Both the position numbers and the translations under genes were made by a program. Under the pieces are notes generated by a model, which saw only the letters and a program-made list of their open reading frames with translations, had not been told where the DNA came from and did not search any database. This document shows positions 1 to 9,352 of a stretch of DNA of 64,000 nucleotides, one piece after another (the stretch's first letter is position 1; each line of letters starts with the position of its first letter). The stretch is from an uncultured Actinomycetota bacterium (GTDB taxonomy: Bacteria > Actinomycetota > Actinomycetes > JAHEKZ01), in the NCBI GenBank assembly GCA_963718235.1, contig CAVQYR010000001.1:160001-224000 (forward strand), given 5' to 3'.

Positions 1-210
1 CAGGTAGCGCTCGAGGACCTGCTGCTGGACCACGCTCTCGCCGCCGGCGTCCTCGACCTCACGCCACCGCCGGGCGGCGTCGGCCAGCGAGGCCTGGACC
101 AGTCTCGAGGCTTGCTCGGGATCGCCGGTGAGCACGCAGGCGTAGCGAAGCAGGGCAGGCGTGCGCGACCCCACGAACCGCTCGAACCGCTCGTCGCCCT
201 GTCGGCCCAT
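1..210 (-). CDS. SigE-family-like ECF sigma factor, N-terminal part (runs off window edge)
   Basis: My translation from ATG at 210: MGRQGDERFERFVGSRTPALLRYACVLTGDPEQASRLVQASLADAARRW..., matching the actinobacterial SigE-family region-2 pattern F..FV..R...LLR.A..LTGD...A..LVQ..L.....W. Not in the supplied ORF track. Confidence 0.65.
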   Translation of the reverse strand, partial: MGRQGDERFERFVGSRTPALLRYACVLTGDPEQASRLVQASLADAARRWREVEDAGGESVVQQQVLERYL

Positions 211-218
211 GCGCTGAT

Positions 219-278
219 TGAACCGCTACGCACGACTGCCGCCACCCGAGACCGGCGTGTCGCATGCACAGTGGTTCA
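219..278. repeat. ~60-bp imperfect palindrome overlapping the stop codon of the AbiEi/DUF559-like gene
   Basis: Arms TGAACCGCT (219-227) and AGTGGTTCA (270-278) are 8/9 complementary, with further partial pairing inside. Confidence 0.45.
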
Positions 279-1274
279 CCCGCGGGCTCTGTCCAGGTCC
301 TGGGCGGAGTACCGGACGTGATCGGCCAGCAGCGGTCGCGATCTCAGCGACTGCCGCTCGAAGCTCTGCCTCAGCTGGGCCACCACCGGGGCGAACGACG
401 GGGTGTCCGCCGTGTCGCCCCAGAACCATCGGACGACGGCCAGGCCGGCCCGCTCCAGCTCACGCTGACGCAGCTTCTCCCGCCAGAGCGCATCCGACGC
501 TTGGCGGTACTTGCCTCGACCATCGGCCTCGCCCACCACGGCAAGCTCCGGCCACAGGAAGTCGACCCGCCACTCGGCGGTGTCGATCCAGATGCGAACC
601 TGCGGCACCGGTGGCTCGACGCCGGCCTCGTGGAGCCGCCACCGCGACAGCGACTCCAGCGGTGACTCCGCTCGCCCGTCGGCGAACTCGGCGACGGTCC
701 GAGCGGTGGAGACCCCCGGCGTCGCGGCGAGACCGAGTGCCTCGTGGCTCAGCTGGGCCGCCGTGGCTCTCCCGATCGCCAAGGCCGCGTCTGAGACGAC
801 CAGACCGGCTTCCAGCCCGTGGGTGCGGGACACGTCGATGCACGTTCGCACGGCGGACGTCACCGGTAGCCCGGACTGCCGTTCGCTCTCGGGCATCACC
901 CTGAGCCGATGAGACCTCGTGCCGGTCAGGGCTCGACCGGTCAGCGGCCGGGTGATCTCCGGTCGCCCCACGTGGCCCAGGATCGGCAGCCCGTGGAGGA
1001 CGGCCGCGCTGCGATGGCTCACCACGCAGTTCGGCGCGCGGACCACCGTGGCCGCGAGGACCAGGTGGTGCCGGGCGAGGACGTCGTCCCGGGTCAGGCG
1101 CCACGACGTTCCGTCGACGAACGTGTCGGACGCCACCCGAACGAGGAGCCCCGCGCGCAGCCAGCGCCCGAGGTCGGCCCGGGTCGAACCTCGCGCCCGA
1201 AGCTGGTGGCCAGCGACCGCGCCGACCTGGCTGGCCAGCAGCGCAATGACGTCGGCGGGCAGCATCGGTGGCAC
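276..1274 (-). CDS. AbiEi-antitoxin-like N-terminal domain plus DUF559/Vsr-like PD-(D/E)XK nuclease domain protein
   Basis: Motifs VSHRSAAVLHGLP, VTSAVRTCID, AESPLESLSR and RVDFLWPELAVVGEADGRGKY are typical of this actinobacterial family. Confidence 0.8.
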   Translation of the reverse strand: MPPMLPADVIALLASQVGAVAGHQLRARGSTRADLGRWLRAGLLVRVASDTFVDGTSWRLTRDDVLARHHLVLAATVVRAPNCVVSHRSAAVLHGLPILGHVGRPEITRPLTGRALTGTRSHRLRVMPESERQSGLPVTSAVRTCIDVSRTHGLEAGLVVSDAALAIGRATAAQLSHEALGLAATPGVSTARTVAEFADGRAESPLESLSRWRLHEAGVEPPVPQVRIWIDTAEWRVDFLWPELAVVGEADGRGKYRQASDALWREKLRQRELERAGLAVVRWFWGDTADTPSFAPVVAQLRQSFERQSLRSRPLLADHVRYSAQDLDRARG

Positions 1275-1431
1275 GGCAGCACGATCACGGACGACGAGAC
1301 GCCACGTGCCGCTCGTCCGTCGCGCTGTGTACGGCTACGCACGCGACTCGCCGTGCACAACGGCATCGGAGTGTGCCTGCCGGTACACCGGCCGCTGGTT
1401 CTCAGGCGGGTGCGGCCGGGCCGCGGTGCGA

Positions 1432-2097
1432 TCAGGGCTGGACGGGACCGGACACCTGGTCGAAGCAGTGGCGGCGGACCCACGCGTGCATGGCGATCGC
1501 TGCCGCCGCACCAGCGTTGATCGACCGGGTGGACCCGTACTGCGCGATCGACAGCACTGCCTCGCAGTGCTCATGGGCCGCCTGGGACAGACCCGGCCCC
1601 TCCTGCCCGAGCAGCAGCACGCACCGCACCGGCAGCTCGAACGTCTCCAGCGCGACCGCACCCGGCAGGTTGTCGATGCCGAGCACCGGCAGACCCTGGT
1701 CGTCGGCCCAGCCGACGAAGGCGACGAGGTCGTCGTGGTGGTGCACATGGAGGTACCGGTCGGTGACCATCGCCCCGCGACGGTTCCAGCGGCGACGTCC
1801 GATCACGTGCACGGCCGCGGCGTTGAATGCGTTGGCCGTCCGCACGACCGACCCGATGTTGAAGTCGTGCTGGAAGTTCTCGATCGCCACCGAGAACGGG
1901 TGACGGCTCGCGTCCAGGTGGGCCACGATGGCGTCGTTGCGCCAGTAGCGGTAGCGGTCGACCACGTTGCGACGGTCCCCGGCCTGAAGCAGCTCGGGGT
2001 CGTAGTGAGGGTCGGTGGGCCAAGGCCGCGGGTGTGGACCCACCCCTGGAGGCACCGCCCGTGGCGGCCGCACGTGGCCCGGCTCGTCGAGTGGCAC
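1432..2097 (-). CDS. TrmH/SpoU-family RNA methyltransferase
   Basis: ENFQHDFNIGSVVRTANAF, LLGQEGPGLS, GSTRSINAGAAAAI SPOUT motifs. Confidence 0.9.
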   Translation of the reverse strand: MPLDEPGHVRPPRAVPPGVGPHPRPWPTDPHYDPELLQAGDRRNVVDRYRYWRNDAIVAHLDASRHPFSVAIENFQHDFNIGSVVRTANAFNAAAVHVIGRRRWNRRGAMVTDRYLHVHHHDDLVAFVGWADDQGLPVLGIDNLPGAVALETFELPVRCVLLLGQEGPGLSQAAHEHCEAVLSIAQYGSTRSINAGAAAAIAMHAWVRRHCFDQVSGPVQP

Positions 2098-2142
2098 GAC
2101 GCCAGCGTACGACGCCCGTCACGCTGCCCCTACCCTGATCTG

Positions 2143-2775
2143 GTGCCTGCACTCCTGACCTCTACTCTCGCGGTCTCGATCCTCGACCCGGAGAGCCTCA
2201 TCCAGTCGTTCGGGCTGATCGGCATCCTGGTCATCGTCTTCGCCGAGTGCGGTCTGCTGATCGGGTTCTTCCTTCCGGGCGACTCACTGCTGTTCGCGGC
2301 CGGACTGCTCGTCGCGGGTGGCCTGCTGGACTACCCCATCGCATACGTCTGCCTGCTCATCACCCTGGCTGCGTTCCTCGGCAACCTCACCGGCTACTGG
2401 ATCGGGTGGACGGTCGGTCCACGGGTGCTCGACCGTCCGGACGGACGGTTCTTCAAGCGCGCCTACGTCACCCAGACCCGGGCCTTCTTCGACCGACACG
2501 GGGCCCGCGCCGTCATCCTGGCCCGGTTCGTCCCGATCGTGCGCACCTTCATCACCGTGATGGCCGGTGCGGTCCGGATGGACTTTCGCCAGTACGTGCT
2601 GTTCACCGCGATCGGGGCCGTGCTCTGGGGAACCGGCGTCACCCTGCTGGGCTACTACCTGGGGAACATCCCGATCATCAAGGACAACATCGAGGTGTTC
2701 CTGCTCGGGTTCGTCGCGCTGTCGATCCTGCCCATCGTCTACGAGCTGTGGCGCGCGCGGCGGCGGACCAGCTAG
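2143..2775 (+). CDS. DedA (VTT-domain) membrane protein
   Basis: VFAECGLLIGFFLPGDSLLF, ARFVPIVRTF; start moved to in-frame GTG at 2143. Confidence 0.9.
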   Translation: MPALLTSTLAVSILDPESLIQSFGLIGILVIVFAECGLLIGFFLPGDSLLFAAGLLVAGGLLDYPIAYVCLLITLAAFLGNLTGYWIGWTVGPRVLDRPDGRFFKRAYVTQTRAFFDRHGARAVILARFVPIVRTFITVMAGAVRMDFRQYVLFTAIGAVLWGTGVTLLGYYLGNIPIIKDNIEVFLLGFVALSILPIVYELWRARRRTS

Positions 2776-2798
2776 CCGGAGCACACGACGCCCCGGGG

Positions 2799-3344
2799 TC
2801 ACCCGTCACGTACCACCAGCTGTGCGACGTCCGCACCGAAGTGACGCACCGCCTCGTAGTCGGTGTAGTCGTAGTCGCGATGGGTGTCCGTACCCAGCCC
2901 GCCCTTCTTCGCGATCGTCTTGAGCAGCCGCCGCTTCGCGAACCCGTAGCGGGTGTAGAGCAGCGCTCCGCCGAAGAGCCCGACCAGGTCAGGGTGCCAA
3001 CCGGTCTGGTCGATGAAGCCGTCGACGTACGTCGTGGCCTCCCCACGCTGCTCGGGATCGGCCCCCGGGGCGGAGGAGAGACTGACCTGGAAGAACGCCG
3101 ACGGCAGCGCAGTCAGGGCTGCATGGTTGGCCGCAGCCCACGACACGACGTCCTTGTGGTGCTGGCCCATGTGGATCGACGAGCCGACCACGACGCCGCC
3201 GTAGCCCTGCGGCTCTCCCGGGGCGTTCTCGATCGCCCGGAGGTCGACCTGGTGACCGCCCTCTGCTATCGCCTCGATCATGGTCTTGACGACGTCTTCG
3301 GTGTGACCTTCGGCCGTGCCGTACAGAACGAGTACCCGGGTCAT
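2799..3344 (-). CDS. Flavodoxin-domain protein, HemG (protoporphyrinogen dehydrogenase)-like
   Basis: MTRVLVLYGTAEGHT, VVVGSSIHMG, FGGALLYTRYG, YDYTDYEAV; start ATG at 3344. Confidence 0.8.
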   Translation of the reverse strand: MTRVLVLYGTAEGHTEDVVKTMIEAIAEGGHQVDLRAIENAPGEPQGYGGVVVGSSIHMGQHHKDVVSWAAANHAALTALPSAFFQVSLSSAPGADPEQRGEATTYVDGFIDQTGWHPDLVGLFGGALLYTRYGFAKRRLLKTIAKKGGLGTDTHRDYDYTDYEAVRHFGADVAQLVVRDG

Positions 3345-3391
3345 CCCCACACGATGGTCGGACGCCGCCAAGGGCGCCAGGGCCACTAGTC

Positions 3392-3952
3392 CTAGAACTG
3401 CACCTGGGGGGCCGAGCGGATGTTCGGGTCGTCGACCTCGAAGTACTCGGCCTCGGTGAAGTGGAAGAGGTTGGCCACGATGTTGCTGGGAACGGACTGG
3501 ATCTTGGTGTTGAAGGCCCGCACGTTGGCGTTGTAGAAGCGACGCCCCGCCGCGATCCGGTCCTCGGTCTCGGTGAGCTGACGCTGCAGCTCCAGGAAGT
3601 TCTGGTTGGCCTTGAGGTCCGGATAGGCCTCGGCCACGGCGAACAGCTGCCGCAGGGCGCCGGTCAGCATGTTCTCCTGCTGCGCCTGCTCGGCCGGGGT
3701 GGCACCCGGCGTCGAGGCAGCGGCCCTGGCCTGGGTCACCGCCTCGAAGGTGCCACGCTCGTGGCTGGCGTAGCCCTTGACGGTCTCGACGAGGTTCGGG
3801 ATGAGGTCGTAACGCCGGTGCAGCTCGACGTCGATCTGCTTCCAGGACTCCTGGACGAGGTTCCGCAGTCGGATCAGACCGTTGTACGTGACCGTGAACC
3901 ACAGACCGACCAGCACGATCAGGACGACGAGCACGATCCAGATCCAGGTCAC
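3392..3952 (-). CDS. lemA: LemA family protein
   Basis: N-terminal TM; RRYDLIPNLVETVKGY, AEAYPDLKANQNF, RRFYN. Confidence 0.95.
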   Translation of the reverse strand: MTWIWIVLVVLIVLVGLWFTVTYNGLIRLRNLVQESWKQIDVELHRRYDLIPNLVETVKGYASHERGTFEAVTQARAAASTPGATPAEQAQQENMLTGALRQLFAVAEAYPDLKANQNFLELQRQLTETEDRIAAGRRFYNANVRAFNTKIQSVPSNIVANLFHFTEAEYFEVDDPNIRSAPQVQF

Positions 3953-4020
3953 GGAGTACTCCTCGGGTCAGCAGTCGGGGCGATCCCGGTCTTCGTGGAT
4001 CGTATCGCCGTTCGGCTCGG

Positions 4021-4566
4021 TCAGAGCCCGAGGTCAGCCGCGGAGTACACGTACCGGTACGGCAGTCCGGCGGCCTCGACGACCGGCGCCGCCCCCCGCT
4101 CGACGATCACGACCACACCGACCACCTCCGCCCCGGCGTCCCGAAGGGCGTCGACCGCCGTCATCACCGAACCGCCGGTGGTCGAGGTGTCCTCGACCGC
4201 CAGGACCCGACGTCCGGAGACATCAGGTCCTTCGATCCGGCGCTGCAGCCCGTGCTGCTTCTCCGACTTGCGCACGACGAACGCGTCGAGCGCGCGCCCC
4301 TCGGCGGCCGCCGCGTGGAGCATCGACGTCGCCACGGGGTCGGCCCCGAGCGTCAGTCCCCCCACGGAGTCGTACTGCCAGTCGGCGGTGAGGTCGAGGA
4401 GGACCCGACCCACCAGCGGTGCCGCCTGTGCGTCGAGGGTGATCCGGCGCAGGTCGATGTAGTAGTCGGCCTCCTTACCGGAGGACAGGACCACTCGACC
4501 GTGCACCACGGCCTTGTCGAGGATCTGCTGCTTCAGCTGCTGCCGGAGAAGGTCTCGTTCACTCAC
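4021..4566 (-). CDS. pyrE: Orotate phosphoribosyltransferase
   Basis: LSSGKEADYYIDLR, VRKSEKQHG, PRPP motif VEDTSTTGGS. Confidence 0.95.
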   Translation of the reverse strand: MSERDLLRQQLKQQILDKAVVHGRVVLSSGKEADYYIDLRRITLDAQAAPLVGRVLLDLTADWQYDSVGGLTLGADPVATSMLHAAAAEGRALDAFVVRKSEKQHGLQRRIEGPDVSGRRVLAVEDTSTTGGSVMTAVDALRDAGAEVVGVVVIVERGAAPVVEAAGLPYRYVYSAADLGL

Positions 4567-4637
4567 GATGCCAGGCTAGTCTGCGGCGCATCGTGCGCCG
4601 TCGGGTGCATCGACCCGTGCAACCGATGAGGAGCAAT

Positions 4638-5582
4638 GTGGCTGTCATCGAGGTGCAGGGCGTGCACAAGGCCTACCGGCGCCGGGGACGCCCGCCCAAG
4701 GCCGCCCTCGACGGACTCGACCTCAGCGTCGAGGCCGGGGGCGTCCATGGGTTCCTCGGACCCAACGGGTCGGGCAAGACCACCCTGTTGCGCTGCCTGA
4801 TGGGGCTGGCCCGGGCCGACGCCGGCCAGATGAGCATCCTCGGCCGGCCGACCCCGAAGGCGCTTCCTCACGTCGTCGGAGACGTCGGCTCGCTGTTGGA
4901 GAGCCCGGCGTTCTTCCCGCCGTACAGCGGACGGCTGAACCTGTCGCTGCTCGCGACCGCGCAGCGTCTCCCCCAGGCCCGGGTCGACGAGGTGCTGGAC
5001 GTCGTCGGCCTCACGGACGCCGCCAACGACCGGGTCAAGGGCTACTCGCTCGGCATGCGCCAGCGGCTCGGCATCGCCGCGGCCATGCTCAACCGACCGC
5101 TAGTGCTCGTGCTTGACGAGCCGAGCAACGGCCTGGACCCGGCCGGCATGAAGGAGGTCCGGCTGCTGCTGAGGCAGCTCGCCGACCAGGGAACCACCGT
5201 GCTGCTCTCGTCACACCTGCTCAACGAGGTGCAGCAGATCTGCGACCACGTCACGATCGTCAGCCACGGACGGCGGGTGTCGGCCGGGACCGTGGCCGAA
5301 GTGCTGGCCACTCACACCGGGACCGCTGTCCGGCTCGGGGTCGCCGACTCCCCCGGTGCCGTGCAGGTGCTCGTGGCCGCAGGGTTCGCAGCCCGTGACG
5401 AGGGTGGGCTGGGGGTCGTCGTCGACAACGCGCCCGACCCGGCGCTGGTCACCAAGGCCCTCGCCGACCAGGCGCGCTACGTGTCGTGGCTCCAACCGCA
5501 GACGGCCGACCTCGAGGAGGTCTTCCTCCAGCTGACCACCGACCCGAGTGAGACACCGACGGTCGAGGGCGGTGCCGCATGA
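4638..5582 (+). CDS. ABC transporter ATP-binding protein (export type)
   Basis: Walker A GPNGSGKT, signature YSLGMRQR, Walker B VLVLDEP; GAGGAG RBS before GTG 4638. Confidence 0.9.
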   Translation: MAVIEVQGVHKAYRRRGRPPKAALDGLDLSVEAGGVHGFLGPNGSGKTTLLRCLMGLARADAGQMSILGRPTPKALPHVVGDVGSLLESPAFFPPYSGRLNLSLLATAQRLPQARVDEVLDVVGLTDAANDRVKGYSLGMRQRLGIAAAMLNRPLVLVLDEPSNGLDPAGMKEVRLLLRQLADQGTTVLLSSHLLNEVQQICDHVTIVSHGRRVSAGTVAEVLATHTGTAVRLGVADSPGAVQVLVAAGFAARDEGGLGVVVDNAPDPALVTKALADQARYVSWLQPQTADLEEVFLQLTTDPSETPTVEGGAA

Positions 5583-6616
5583 GCACCGACATCGCCCAGA
5601 CGACACCGGCTTCCCCCGCTCCCCGCGGTGCCGGGGCGTTCCTCCCGCTGCTGCGCGCAGAGCTCAGCCGGGTCAGCCACCGCCGGCTGTTCTGGATCTG
5701 CTCCTCGCTGCTGCTCGCCGGCATCGTCGTGGTGAGCGGGATCATCTTCTTCAACAGCTCCAGACCCGGGCCGATCCCAGCCGATGTTCAGCGGGCCTAC
5801 GAGCAGGACCTGGCCCGACAGCAGAACTTCTACGACAAGTGCGTCACCCGCAACGTCCCTGAGGGTGAGGACCCGATCCAGTACTGCGGGGAGCCGCCCG
5901 AGGAGTACATGAGCGTCTACAGCTACACCAACGAGTCGCCGTACCGGGCCAAGGAGGCGCTGCTGCCCGTGGTGATCGCGATCAGCATCGGCTCGGCCAT
6001 GCTCGCCTTCCTGATCGGGGCCAGCACGGGGGGCGCGGAGTGGTCGTCGCGGTCGATGACCCTGCAGCTGCTCTGGGAGCCGCGACGCCTGCGACTGCTT
6101 CTCACCAAGTGGCTGGCCCTGGCGATCGTGATGACGCTCACCGCCGTCGTGAACCTGGCTGTCGGGCTGGGTCTGGGCGCGGCGACCGCCTCGCTGCGCG
6201 GGACCTGGGACGGCGTCCCCGACGGGTTCTGGCCGGAGCTGCTCGGCGTGGCGGCGCGGGGCGCGGTGCTGATCGTGTTCGCGGCCACCGTGGCATACGC
6301 GATCTCCATGCTCGTCCGCAACACCGGGGGCTCGCTCGGAGTGGGCTTCGTCTACTTCGCCGTCGCCGAGCTCGGCATCAGGCTCGGGCTCGGGAAGTAC
6401 GGGCCCGACGTCTACCTGCTGTCCACGAACGTCGGCGCGTGGCTGGTTCCTGGTGGCATCGACGTCCCGGGCCGGCAGACTGACCTCGCCGACGGGTCAA
6501 TCATGATCGAGCAGGTCCACCTGTCGAACCTGCACGGTCTGGTCGTGATGAGCGGCTACCTGCTGGTGCTGGCCCTGCCGGCACTGTGGTCGTTCCGGCG
6601 CCGTGACGTGAGCTAG
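5579..6616 (+). CDS. ABC-2 type transporter permease
   Basis: Multi-TM; GAEWSSRSM...WEPRR, C-terminal FRRRDV; ATGA overlap with the ATPase gene. Confidence 0.85.
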   Translation: MSTDIAQTTPASPAPRGAGAFLPLLRAELSRVSHRRLFWICSSLLLAGIVVVSGIIFFNSSRPGPIPADVQRAYEQDLARQQNFYDKCVTRNVPEGEDPIQYCGEPPEEYMSVYSYTNESPYRAKEALLPVVIAISIGSAMLAFLIGASTGGAEWSSRSMTLQLLWEPRRLRLLLTKWLALAIVMTLTAVVNLAVGLGLGAATASLRGTWDGVPDGFWPELLGVAARGAVLIVFAATVAYAISMLVRNTGGSLGVGFVYFAVAELGIRLGLGKYGPDVYLLSTNVGAWLVPGGIDVPGRQTDLADGSIMIEQVHLSNLHGLVVMSGYLLVLALPALWSFRRRDVS

Positions 6617-6620
6617 GTCC

Positions 6621-7367
6621 ATGGACCCGGTCGTCCTGCTGCACTCGCCGCTGACCTCCGCCACCGCGTGGGGGCGTCTGCCCGAGGTCCTGCGCGGGTC
6701 AGGTCTGCGGGTGGTCGTCCCCGAGGTGCTGGACGACGACGAACCCCCCTACGCCGTTCGCTACGTCGGCCGGGTCGCCGTCCAGCTGCGTGAGCTGCTC
6801 GGCTCGACGCCGTGCGTCCTCGTGGCCCACAGCGGGGCAGGACCGCTCATGCCGTCGCTCGGGTTCGCCCGGCACGCCGCTGGCGGTCGGGTGACCGGGT
6901 ACGTCTTCCTCGATGCAGCGCTGCCGCGGGTGCTCCACGCGGCGACCCGCCTCGAGCTCATGCGCCTGGACGACGAAGCGTTCGCCGGGCAGCTCGAGAC
7001 CGCCCTGAGGTCCGGCGCGCGGTTCCCGAGGTGGTCGGACGGCGACCTGCGTGACGAGGTGCCGGACCCCGGCGACCGAGCTCTCCTGCTCGCCGGACTG
7101 CGGCCGCGTTCACTCGACTACTTCACCGAGCCGCTACCGATGCCGGAGGACTGGCCCGACGCTCCCGCGGCCTACGTTCGCCTCTCCGACGCCTACCTGC
7201 GCCCGGCCGAGACCGCACGGCGGCGTGGCTGGCCGGTGGTCACGCGGGACCCCGGCCACTTCGGGGCGCTGACCGACCCCGAGCAGGTCGCGCAGGCGCT
7301 GGCCGAGGTCTTCACTGCGGTGTTCGGCGAGTCCGGGTCGACGCCTGGAACCGTGCCGGACGACTAG
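6621..7367 (+). CDS. Alpha/beta-fold hydrolase
   Basis: VVLLHSP, nucleophile elbow AHSGAG, VFLDA, C-terminal GHF. Confidence 0.75.
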   Translation: MDPVVLLHSPLTSATAWGRLPEVLRGSGLRVVVPEVLDDDEPPYAVRYVGRVAVQLRELLGSTPCVLVAHSGAGPLMPSLGFARHAAGGRVTGYVFLDAALPRVLHAATRLELMRLDDEAFAGQLETALRSGARFPRWSDGDLRDEVPDPGDRALLLAGLRPRSLDYFTEPLPMPEDWPDAPAAYVRLSDAYLRPAETARRRGWPVVTRDPGHFGALTDPEQVAQALAEVFTAVFGESGSTPGTVPDD

Positions 7368-8149
7368 CGGGACAGGCGCCTCCTGCGCAAGCGCTCGGCC
7401 CGGCGCACGACATCGCGCGGGAGGACCCGGGCCACACCCGACACCGCCTTGTAGTGGAGTCCTGGAACGCTGACCGCCTTGCCCCGTCGGAGGTCGGACA
7501 GCGCGTCGTCGACCACGCGATCGGCGTCGAGCCAGACCCACTCCGGGTAGGCGGACATGTCGATTCCGGCGCGCTGGTGGAACTCCGTGTGCACGAACCC
7601 CGGGCACAGCGCCATGACGTGCACGCCGGTACCAGCGAGCTCACCGGCGAGTCCCTGGCTGAAGGCGGTGACCCACGCCTTGGCTGCGCTGTAGGTGCCG
7701 AACGGAAGGAAGCCGGCCACGCTGGACACGTTGACCACAGCGCCGCGACCACGCCCGACCATGCCGGGCAGCGCCGCATGCGTCAGGCGCAGGACGGCGG
7801 TGACCAGCACGTCGAGCAGCTCCTGCTCGGCCTCCACCCGGCCACCGACGAAGCTCTGGGTGATCGCGAAGCCGGCATTGTTGACGAGCAGGTCGACGGG
7901 TCGCTCGGGCGAAGCCAGTCGCTGCTCCACCCGCGCCAGCTCGTCGCGCACCGTGAGGTCAGCCACGAGCACCTCGCCCTCGACTCCGTGCCGCTGCGCC
8001 ACATCGCGAGCGACCGCGGCCAGCCGGTCGCCGTCCCGCGCGACCAGGACGGTGTCGTGACCGTCGGCCGCCAACCGGTCGACGAACGCACGGCCGATTC
8101 CTGCTGTTGCACCGGTGACCAGGACCCGACTCACTGTTGGGTCGCCCAC
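7364..8149 (-). CDS. SDR family oxidoreductase
   Basis: TGATAGIG, NNAG, YSAAK, PGFVHTEF. Confidence 0.9.
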   Translation of the reverse strand: MGDPTVSRVLVTGATAGIGRAFVDRLAADGHDTVLVARDGDRLAAVARDVAQRHGVEGEVLVADLTVRDELARVEQRLASPERPVDLLVNNAGFAITQSFVGGRVEAEQELLDVLVTAVLRLTHAALPGMVGRGRGAVVNVSSVAGFLPFGTYSAAKAWVTAFSQGLAGELAGTGVHVMALCPGFVHTEFHQRAGIDMSAYPEWVWLDADRVVDDALSDLRRGKAVSVPGLHYKAVSGVARVLPRDVVRRAERLRRRRLSR

Positions 8150-9231
8150 TCCTGCAGCAGCGCCTCGCGCAGGGGCCGGGTCTGGGCCTGCACGAGGTGA
8201 AACAGCCCCTCGCGGGCCCAGCGCTGGGCCGATGACAGCAGCAGCATCGCGCTGCCACCCTGGGCCGCCACCCGCGCTGCGGTGATCCGCTGCAGAAGGA
8301 CCAACGACCGGGCGCGCAGGAGCACCCGCTCGTCCAGTGCCTCACCTGCCGGCACCTCGTCGACCAGCCGGTAGGCCGCCTCGCGATTCGCGCGCACCTG
8401 GGCGGCGAAGGTGGTCGCCGCCTCGACTGCCAGGGGCTGGTTCCGCTCGACGCCGCTGCGGTGCAGATCGGCGATCACCGCGCGCATCAGGCCGAAGACG
8501 GCTGGCGCGGCGTTCGCCGTCCGCTCGGTGTCCTGCGCGAGCCAGTCGCTCTTGGGCACGACGGCAGCAACCTCGTCGTCGTCGACCGGCAGGGTGTCCA
8601 GCCAGGCGCCCACCGTCGACGTCCCACCCATCGCGGCCAGACCGAGCGGACCGGTGACGACGAACCCGACCCGCTCGTGGGCCGGGATGAGCGCCTGGAC
8701 GACCTGACCGTCGTCGGTCTCGGCCATGAGCAGCAGCACGTCGGCCAGACCCCACGACGTCACCCAGTCGAGCGTGCCGCTGACCTGCCAGCCCGTGCCC
8801 GTGCGGACCGCGCGCACCGACGGGTCGCCGGGGCGCCGCAGGTGCGCGAAGGACACCGCACCCAAGGCCTTGCCGGTTGCCAGCGGCACCGCCCATCGCT
8901 CGTGGGACGACGTTCCCGTCGCCGCGACCGCGCACTCCATCGGCGTCCGGTGCTGGGCGGCGACGAACCACACCGCACCCGACGCCCCGGAGAGCGTCTC
9001 CCCGACCTCGCGGACCACGGCAGCCGGAGCGGCCAGGCCACCGAGCTCGACCGGCGCGGACACACCCAGGACGCCGTGGTACGCCAGGGCGTCGACGTGG
9101 GCTCGGGTGACCCCGGACACGTCGATCGACTGCGCCTCCCAGGCCAGCCGGGCCAGCGCGTTCTGGACGCCGGTGATGGCGGGGTGCCCCGCCGCGTCCG
9201 GCACCGGGCCGACGAGGTCGTGCTCGCTCAT
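8131..9231 (-). CDS. Acyl-CoA dehydrogenase-family protein
   Basis: G.SAPVELGG, W.VSG..DWVTSWG, AQRWARE; start ATG at 9231. Confidence 0.75.
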   Translation of the reverse strand: MSEHDLVGPVPDAAGHPAITGVQNALARLAWEAQSIDVSGVTRAHVDALAYHGVLGVSAPVELGGLAAPAAVVREVGETLSGASGAVWFVAAQHRTPMECAVAATGTSSHERWAVPLATGKALGAVSFAHLRRPGDPSVRAVRTGTGWQVSGTLDWVTSWGLADVLLLMAETDDGQVVQALIPAHERVGFVVTGPLGLAAMGGTSTVGAWLDTLPVDDDEVAAVVPKSDWLAQDTERTANAAPAVFGLMRAVIADLHRSGVERNQPLAVEAATTFAAQVRANREAAYRLVDEVPAGEALDERVLLRARSLVLLQRITAARVAAQGGSAMLLLSSAQRWAREGLFHLVQAQTRPLREALLQEWATQQ

Positions 9232-9352
9232 CACGCCCGCCAACCTAGCCCGCCGACGAGATCGGGGCTGCACATCGGCAAACCCACCTCACCGCCAGCA
9301 AAGTGCGGTGCAGCCCCCGCGCGACCGATCCCGATCCGCCTACGGTGTCCCC

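Noticed and set aside
276-1274. Complete type IV toxin-antitoxin system
   Set aside because: No AbiEii nucleotidyltransferase toxin is adjacent.
4583-4617. Two small hairpins between pyrE and the ABC genes as a riboswitch or PyrR attenuator
   Set aside because: Stems are only 5-7 bp in GC-rich DNA, with no recognisable aptamer, PyrR loop or U-tract.
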